DNA of 64,000 nucleotides from Phaeosaccion multiseriatum (lineage: Eukaryota; Protista; Ochrophyta, other classes), in assembly GCA_965112735.1 (NCBI GenBank), contig OZ218950.1:1302001-1366000 (forward strand), given 5' to 3'. The translations under genes were made by a program, and so were the position numbers. Below are positions 23,201 to 32,200 of the stretch, piece by piece. The notes beneath the pieces were generated by a model, which did no database searches, was not told the origin of the DNA, and saw nothing but the letters and a program-made list of their open reading frames with translations. Position 1 is the stretch's first letter. Each line of letters opens with the position of its first letter.

Positions 23201-26200
23201 ACACTCCGGTGCTGCTGTTGCGCAGCGTGGCCATAGAGAAGCCTGCCTCGTGCAGCGCCTCGTAGCCGACCTCGAGCATGATGCGCTGAGTGGGGTCCAT
23301 GGCCTCGGCCTCGGCTACGGAGATGCCAAACGTGGCGTTGTCAAACATCTCCACGCCGTCGATGAAGCCTCCGTGCCACTCCTTCGCCGCACCAGTGAGT
23401 CTGCCCGAGGGCATGGCGGTGATGCAGTCCTTTCCCTCCAGCAGCATGGACCAGAAAGCGTCGGGACTGTCTGCGCCTCCGGGGAAGCGGCACGCCATGC
23501 TCACTATTGCCAGCGGGGCAGAAGCGTCGCCCCCCCCTTCAGCCGATGGCATCCTCCTGGACAGGCGTAGGCTGCTCGCACTTCCCTCCATGAGCGCTGA
23601 GCCCAACCACTCCGCCAAGGCCGCCACGGTGGGGTGGGCGAAGAGGGCGGCACTACTAACGGGAATGTCCGTGAGCAGGTGCAGACGCTGCCTCAGCTCC
23701 ATGAGCGCCAACGAATCCATGCCAGCCTCCATGAGAGGTTTGTCCATGTCGATGCCGACAGAGCCTGCCGTGCTGGAGAGCGCGATATCGGAGATGACGG
23801 ATCGAAGCCTCTCTTGGCGTTCAGCTGGACTGACACCGCGGAGCTTTACTGCCAAGGAGTTTTTTCCGGCCGCCGATGTCGGTGGGGCGGGCAGCAGCTT
23901 GAAGACCTTTCTGCTCGTGAGCGGGGAGGCTCTGACGTTGGTCTTCTCTGCGTGTGAGATGGCCGTCCCCTCCAGGATGACGTGGGCATTGACACCGCCA
24001 AACCCAAAGGAGTTGACAGCTGCAAAAGGAGCAGAAGTAACCACAGCGAGCAGAAGTGCATGGTGAGAACGGGTTCAGCCATTATCCATCATACGATAGC
24101 TCATACCCTCTAAAGTCCTCCTTAACTTGTCTCAAGAAGACGCAAGTGAGTGAGTGGGAGTGGGTGAGTGAGTGATTGGGTGGGTGGGTGGGTGAGTGAG
24201 TGAGTGAGTGAATGAGTGAGTGAGTGAGTGCGGGAGTGAGTGAGTGAGTGAGTAAGTGAGTGAGTGAGTGAGTGAGTGAGTGAGTGAGTGAGTGAGTGAG
24301 TGAGTGAGTGAGTGAGTGAGTGAGTGAGTGAGTGGGTGAGTGGGTGAGTGAGTGAGTGAGTGAGTGAGTGAGTGAGTGAGTGAGTGAGTGAGTGAGTGAG
24401 TGAGTGAGTGAGTGAGTGAGTGAGTGAGAGAGTGGCTGAGTGACTGAGTGAGTGATCACAGGAAACGTTTTTGAATAAGGGCCCCAACGCACCTCCGATT
24501 CGGGTGGAGATGGGGGTCATGCGTCCGGGGATGGGCAGCAGAGCGCTGTTGCCCTCCGTCTTCAGTGCAGGGCTCAGCGTGGACAGGTTGAGGTTGGGAG
24601 GCGCTTGGACATGCCTGAGCACCAGCACCGTCTTGATGAGCCCCGCAATGCCTGCCGCAGCCTCCGCGTGACCAAGGTTGGTCTTGATCGCTCCAACGAC
24701 GAGACGGCGGGCTGTTGCCAGGTCGTGGTCTCCGTAGGTGCCGGCGATGGAAGCCCACTCCGTGCGGTCCCCGAGGGGCGTGCCCGTGCCGTGCGCCTCG
24801 ATGAAGCTCACGTCGGACAGAGCGATGCCCGCCTCTGCTACGGAGTCCAAGACCGCGGCCTTCTGTGCCGCTTCGTTGGGAGCGGTGAGGGTCGTGCCGT
24901 GGCCGGTGTGATTGATGCAGGAGCCTCGAATCACCGCCAATATGTTGTCTTGGGCCTCTATGGCGTCTTCGTGGCGCTTTAGCACGACAGCGCCGCAGCC
25001 CTCTGCTCGCAGCCGCAGCCAGGGCACAAACAGCAAATGGAGGTGACTGGAGGGTGAGCTAGGGGGTGGTCGAGCCGTGCTCATCAGGTTTATAGAACAA
25101 GGACAATCTCAGACCCAAAGAAACACTCTCCGCTCATCCTGCACTTCTCTCCTTCCCTTTCCTCCCCCCTTCCTCTCCTTCCTCTCCCTTTCCCTTTCTC
25201 CTTATCTGTGCCCCTGCCCCTCTCCGTATCTCCGTCCCGCCCTCTCCCTCTCTGTCCCGCTACCTCTCTCGCTCTCCCGATCTTTCTCTCCATCTCCCCT
25301 TCTCTCCCCCCCTATCTCATTTCCTCTCCCTCTCCCTCTCCCGCTCCTGCTCCCTCTTCCCCTCTCTCCCTCTCCCCGCCTCTCCCTCTCCCTCTCTCCG
25401 CCCTCCTTGCGGAGCTGGAAAGGGCGGGCCGTCATCATAATTAGAAGCACTGCGGTAAGCTCCTCCCTTTCTCGTCCTTTTAGTCTTCTCTACAGTCTCG
25501 CAGGCGCCGCTTGTGCTCACCTGCCCGCACGTAGCCGTTGGCAGCGGCATCAAAGACCATGCACTTGTCTGACAGCAAGTGCAGCGATGACATGGCGGAG
25601 AAGGGCTCGGGGTTGGTCATGATGGACACTCCTCCCGCCAGGGCCATGTCGCAGTCGCGGCTTTGGAGGCCTCGGCAGGCCTGGTGCACTGCCACGAGAG
25701 AGGAGGAAGAGGCCGTGTTGATGGTCTGCGAGGGTCCAGTCAGACCGAGGGCGAAGGAGACCCGATTGGCCACGAGAGCCTCTGAAGCGCCCGTAGCAAC
25801 GTACGGTCCAGGAGCGTGAGACTGCATTTTGGACATCCAGTCTCCGTTGCCGCACCCGATGAACACTCCTGGACGTTCGAGAAGAGGACTTTGTGGTGAG
25901 GTATACGGTGTGGTCAGTCACCATGCATCAGAGCATCAGAGCAGTTTCTCCCGCTTCGTCTGATTGTTAGAAGTGGCCTAGTTGGGGTCCCTTGGGGACC
26001 CAATCAGTAGTGTAACGGCCGGAAAACGGGCCAACTAGACGGTAAATCAGTAATAAAAGGAAGGAAGCGCAGCCTGCGTGTGGGCTGGCTTCCGGGTGCT
26101 TGCTTCAGCTCCTGCTCTGCTCTAGCTTGGCTTTGAGGCTAGCTGTCGGTAGTTTCGACAACCCGGAAGACCCGAAAGACACAGGTCTGAGATCCAGCTT

Positions 26201-28191
26201 TGAGGCTGATTTATTGTGTTGGCTTGAGCTTTGCTTCCAGCTGCCCAGCTTTAGGCCGTAGACAGCTTTGGGCTTGCTAGGGTGGCACTGGCTGAGGCGG
26301 GGATGGACTTCCTGCGGTTCCACGCTGCTAGGGTGGCCAGGGCTGAGGAGGGGGACTTCCTGAGTCTTTCATCGGCGGAGGGCGCTACGAGTGACGCTGA
26401 GGGCGGTGGAGCTGATGGTGGTGCTGCGGACGTGGGGTCTGTGGTATCGGAAGCTGCTGCTCCTCCTGCGGAGGTCACTGCCAGCCCTGGGGCTGTGGAC
26501 CGTGTGCGGGCGGCGTTGCGTCGGGGGGAGGAGTCCCTGGAGTCGCCCTCTTTTTTTGAGGGGTCTGCGATTACGGCTGCTGCCGCTTCCCCTCCTGCTG
26601 CTGGGGTGAGGCCGCTGACGGTGGCGGCGTCGGAGGTTTCCTTCCACTCGGGGGATGCAGAGTCGGTGGGCCAGGAGGACTCGGGGGATGCAGAGTCGGT
26701 GGGCCAGGAGGAGAGCACGGTGTGGGATGTGGTTGGCACGCCCTTGGTCCCTCTTGTTGGTGCGTCTGGCGGGGCTCGGGTGGTGGATCAGCCAGCGGAG
26801 GGAGAGAAGACACCGGAGCAGGAGGACACGCGGGTTCTCCAGGAGGGGCTTGAGATGCTGACGCAGCACCAAGCTGCGCAGCTCATGGCGGCCCAACTGC
26901 GGGAGAGCAAGGCGGAGACGGCGGCCCTCCAGCGGGAACTGGAGGTGCTGCGGCTCTCGCGGGGGGCGGAGCAGCAGCGGAAGTTTGCGGTGGAGCTGCA
27001 GCAGCAGGTGGCGGCGGAGCTGCAGCGACAGATGGCGGCGCAGCCGCCGCCGAAGCGGCCGCCTGAGGGTGCTGCCCAGTTGGAGGTGGAGACGTTGCAG
27101 CGGGAGCTGTTAGCGGCGCAGCTCCAGCAGGTTAAGGATGCCGCACCGGGGGGGGTAGAGGTGCTGCAGCAGCAGGTTAAGGATATGCTACAGCGGGACA
27201 TGGAACGGGAGCGGGAGCGGGCACGGCAGCAGGCCCTGGATGTGCTGCAGGCGCCCGCCCGTCATACGGTGCAGACGATCACGCTGCCCGTGGGTGCTAT
27301 CCGTGTGCTCCAGGAGCAGAAACTTCCCTCTCTATTCGATGCGGCTGGACAGCCTCATCCTCGTGCTGTGGTGCTCGCACGCATGTACAACTGGGTGAGC
27401 ATTCTGCAAGGACAGGAGATCTTGACTTCTACTGGGTCCGTGCTTCCGGGCCAAGGGCGGGTGATGGAGCAGCGAGTGCTGGCCGACTTGGGTGCAGTGG
27501 ATCGGGCCACTGTCCTGGCGGAGGCTCAGAAGGGTGCGTCGTGGATGGAGGGCGACCAGCACGTCACATTGGAGTGGGAGACGGAGAGTGCACAGTTCCA
27601 ATTGCTCGCGAGGTGTCTGTTGCGTCTCTTCGGCGTTCCTGTTGCGCGAGACGGCCTCCAGCAGCTTGTCCAGACGTTGGTGCGGGAGGCCAAGCCTCTG
27701 GAAGCGTCCACCGTTTCCTGCCGAGGTGAACCAGGCGCTCGCCAGGGCTGCTCACCAAGCTGGCGGAACTCTCTCTGTGTCTGGCGCAGGTGACGGGGCA
27801 GGCCACGGATGAGCAAGCCTTGGTTACGGGCCTGCTGGCGGTGCTGCGGCCAGAGGTCGAGATTCGGCTTCGTCACGGCTCGTTGCCATTAACTGACGGC
27901 ATGACCAACTTCTGGCTGCGCTGGGAGTCGGCGACTCCCTCGTGGAGTGATTTCTACGCCGCCTTCCAGAAGGCATTTCCTTCCGCGACTCGGGTGCTCC
28001 AGGCTGGTAGCCCACTTACGCTCTCTTCTACTGGTGGGGCTACGCGGGCCCGTGGTGGTGGTGGTGGTGGTCTGCGCACTCCGCGCGGGGGAGTGGCCGT
28101 GAATGCGGTGGAGCAGCATCTGGAAGTGGCCGTGAATTCGGTGGAGCAGCATCTGGACCATCAGCCGTCACAGGAGGTGGGGGTGAATGCA

Positions 28192-28226
<35 letters not shown>

Positions 28227-29168
28227 GGCGCAGCAGCCGCGGCTCACGCCCACCCAGCAGCGGCCCTTGCTGTTCCACGGCTCGGTGAAGCAGCGTGGCA
28301 ACGGCAATGCCCCATTTAACTGCATGACTTGTCGCCGCGCCGGCCATGGATGGATAGAATGCAACGCCATCCCCGCTACGCGTGAGGAGCTGCTCGGCAT
28401 TGTGAGTCGCGTGCAGCGGCGGCAGGCGGTCAGAGCGCAGCACCAGGAGTCCGACATGTCTGAAGCCGTAGCAGCAATGGTGGCGGGCACTCTGGCGGCG
28501 CAGGACGGGTTCAAGTTCGAAGGCTGACGGTGCCCCGGGGCTGCTTGGCCAGCAGCCCTGGGGACCACGACCGCCGCGCGTGAGGATAGCGTCGGCGTGG
28601 GGGAACAGGGGGGGAGGGCGGGCAAGAGCAGTGTAGAAGATAATGAATGTACTTCGCACCTATCTTGTTTGTCAGACCCACCTTTGCCCCATGCCGACGC
28701 TCAGCGTAGGAGCGGTCAGGCTAGTCGTGTAGAGCAGGAGTCACCTGCCATCAGAGTTTATCGGAGTGACATGTGGTGTGGCGACAGACTCAAACGTGCT
28801 CGGCTACAACGGCAACAGCAACAGCAGCAGCAGCTGCAGCAGCAGCAGCAGCAGCAGCAGCGCCGTGTCGTAGAGGCAGTCGTGGAGGGTGCGCACAGAG
28901 AGGCTGTGCCTGCGCCGTCCGCGGTCGAGCAGCTGCCAGCGTCGGAGCGGCAGCTGCCGCAGCCGCAGCGCCAGCAGCCGGGTCCTGTGGTACGCTCTGT
29001 GGTCGAGCAGTCGCGGGGCACTGACGGCCCGGATGCAGTCGTTGCTGGTGAGCACACGACGATGACGGCGGTACAGCAGCAGGCGCAGCGTGCAGTAGAG
29101 GTAGTCGTGGAGGGCGCGCACCAGGAGGCTGCGCCAGCGGCTTCCGCAGTCGAGCAGCTGCCGCCGCC

Positions 29169-29201
<33 letters not shown>

Positions 29202-32200
29202 GTGTCCAGTGGTACGCTCCGTGTGCTTAGTCGAAGCACCGCAGCCCGGCTCTGCCGTCGAGCCGTCGAGCGGACCTGACGTCGCGCTGCCGCTGCCTCT
29301 GCGCCAGGAGGATGCAGTCGTTGCGGGTGAGTGTCCGGAGCAGCAGGTGCCACCGTCGGCAGTGGGGGAGGTTGAGTGCGAGGCGGCAACCGTTGCGCAA
29401 CACGAGTCTGTCTGGATGGATGCAAGGGGTTTGGAGCGGGTGCGTGCGTGTGCCTTCCCGGAACAGCGCGCACTGCGTGCGGCGAAGGAGCGGCAACAGC
29501 GGCTGGGACAGCAGCAGCAGCTGCTGCAGCAGCAGCCGCAGGTGGCGGGGGGGCAGCAGGAGCAATTGGAGCAGCAGCAGGGTCATGCTGTCGAGGCTGC
29601 CGTCCAGGTTGCAAAAGCCAGCCCACCGTCAAGCGATGAGCTTCAGCCTCAGCAGCTGTGCTCCCTGGTGACGCCTCGCCAGGCCAAGGCCATGGGCCTC
29701 GTGCGGGCCTTACCGCTCGGGGCAGCATCTCTTCCGCCATTCACTCCCACGGGGGAACATGAACAGTGGGCGTGGCAGGTTCAGCTTCAGCAGCAGGAGG
29801 AGGTTCAGCTTCAGCAGCAGGAGCAGAGCCTTCGGACCCTGCCGCTGACGTCTCCAGCGGTGCCTCCGGCGGAGGGGCGGAGCAGGACTGAGCAGAGGGT
29901 GGCAGCAAAGTGGTTGAGACGGCGTGCCCAGCAGGCGAAGGCAGCGCTGCGCAAGGGTGACGAGCAGGCGGCACAGGAGCAGCAGGATGCAGCGAGGCGC
30001 GCAGTAGCTCTTCGACGGCGGGTACGGAGGAAGCAGCGGAGGCAGCGTGCTCGTGCGACAGCAGCAGCACAGCAGCATCAGCAGGAGGCTGCTTTCACGG
30101 CGGTGTTGACGGAGGAGGCGGGGCTGCACACGCTTGCCCTTGATCCGTTTGTGCGTGCTTGTCATGCAGTAGCCTTGGAGCCTGGCGCGGGAGTCGCTCT
30201 GCTCAAGGAGCCCCCCAGTCCGGGAGCTTGTGCCTGTGCGTCGGCTGTTGACAGTGAGTGTGATATGTGTGAGGGGTGTGTGCAACGCGCTGCCTTGGCT
30301 CTCTACCGTGTGCGGATGGAGGACGCTCCGGGGGGGGTGGCCGCCTTGCAGACAGCAGTGCGGAGAGCTGAGATTGCCGAAGCGGTGGCTGCCACGGGTC
30401 GTACGGCAGTCCCAGCAGGGCGGGGCCACACGATCGAGGTTACGGTGCGCTCGCCAGTGAAGGTCAGTGACGCTCGGCATTGCTTGGCTGCTACCGCTCC
30501 ACGGGATGCCAGTGCCGCCGACGCCGTGGAGAAGAGCGCCTTTACAGCCTTGATGGACAGTGGGTGCACAGGAGCGGGCTGCATCTCGACAGCCTGCTTC
30601 AATCAACTGGTGGCGGATGGCACGGTGGAGCGGTCAGAGCTCGCCACGCAGAAGGGGGTGCAGGTGTCTTACGCTGACAATCGTGCCAAGACCATGTCCA
30701 GAGGGCTTGTTTGGCTTCAGGTGGGACTCACGCCGACGTGCCAGCCGGTGCTACCCTTTCATGTGGTGGACCACTTGGCGCGGCCCATCTTCTTGGGGCA
30801 GGATTTCTTCACCCAAGTAGGGGCAGTCGTCGATCATCGTGCGAAGCAGCTCTACGTACTTCCGACTCCTTCGGAGGAGGCCACGTCGGATGCTCGTCCG
30901 TCCGATGCCTTGGCTGTGCAAGTGCTGGCAGTGGTGGACGGCAACGCTGCTGTTGGGGGGGTACGTGCGGTGGAGGCTTTGAGCTTGGGACCTGGACAGA
31001 CGGGGTCCCTTCTCCTCGAGCTTACGGGTATCGTTGAGGGTGTCCAGGCGGTGGTGGAGCTGGGCGCTCACGGACACTTGGCGGCAGAGGCGGACGTTCT
31101 ATGGTGGCTGGAGCACGAGCAGGTTCTAGTGGCGCACAAAGATGGTGTGTATGCTGGGGGGCAGAGTTACCGAATCACAGTGCAGAATCACCACAATCAG
31201 GTCATTGTGGTCGTTCCTGGGCAGGTCATCGGCACCGCTTCTTGCTTGCTCGACTCGGAGGCGAGCGCTGAGGTGGCCGCGCTCATGCTCGCTGAGCCGG
31301 CTTCTTCAGATACCATGCCGGAGACTGCAGCGGCCCCTTCCTCCTGGCTTGGTGCTCTTGGCGGGATGGTGAGGCGTGTGGTGAAGCGCAGGCTGCCATG
31401 GTCCAAGGCGCGGGAGGCGGTTGAGTCTGTGGTGGAGGAGGAGGCGTCGCAGCAGCCGGCTGAAGCTGAAGCAGGAGCTGAGCCGGTCTGGTGCCCACCG
31501 CAGGGGCCTGTAGTTCGCTGCTCGGTGGTACCAGAGGAGGCTGAGCTGGGGGCTACGGCGCTTCCGCTGCAAGCTGTGCAGGTGCAGGCCCTGACGCACC
31601 CACGGACTGAGGTGGGGGTGCCATCGACTCTGGTGCCTCAGCCGGCAGTGAAGGCCCGGTTTCAGCATTTGCAGCGCAGCGGCAAGAAGGGGAGTCAGTG
31701 TCGTCAGAGTCGAGTGGGTGCTGGGCGGTTGCAGCGGCAACGTCGGAGAGTGGCATCAATGCTTGTGGAGTCTCCTGTGCTGTGGGACCAGGTTCATCGG
31801 CAAGCAGTGTTGGAGCGCCATGAGCAAGTGCGACGACAAGTTTTGCCGCTGCGACGGGAGCTGTGCGCTGACGGCTCCTGCGCCTGGCATCACCGAGGGC
31901 TTCGTCTCGCTTGGGGGAGCGACTTGGGGCAACGACAGGTGCCGCGGGAGCGTCGCGTGCCCTTGGCGCCCTCCTGGGGGGGATAGTGCGAGTGCCGGCC
32001 AGACGAGCTGACACACCACGAGTGGACTCGAAGGAGGAGACAGCAGCATGGTTGGCAACGCAGCAGGCCAAGCGGTTACAAGCGGCACAGCAGCAGGCAC
32101 GGCAGCAACGCCAGTGGGCATTGCAGCGACGGCACAAGGCCCAGCGGGAAGAGCTCTTTAAGCGAGCGGATTCGTCGGCAGCTCAGCAGGTTCAGCGGTC

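Noticed and set aside
24146-24455. CRISPR-like array (also 48686-48782 gccatccatt and 50671-50860 gacact repeats)
   Set aside because: Simple tandem repeats with no unique spacers, in a eukaryotic intronic context.
28525-28527. UGA as selenocysteine or evidence of an alternative genetic code
   Set aside because: No redox-motif context, TGA serves as a normal stop elsewhere in the window, and the context fits viral-type readthrough.
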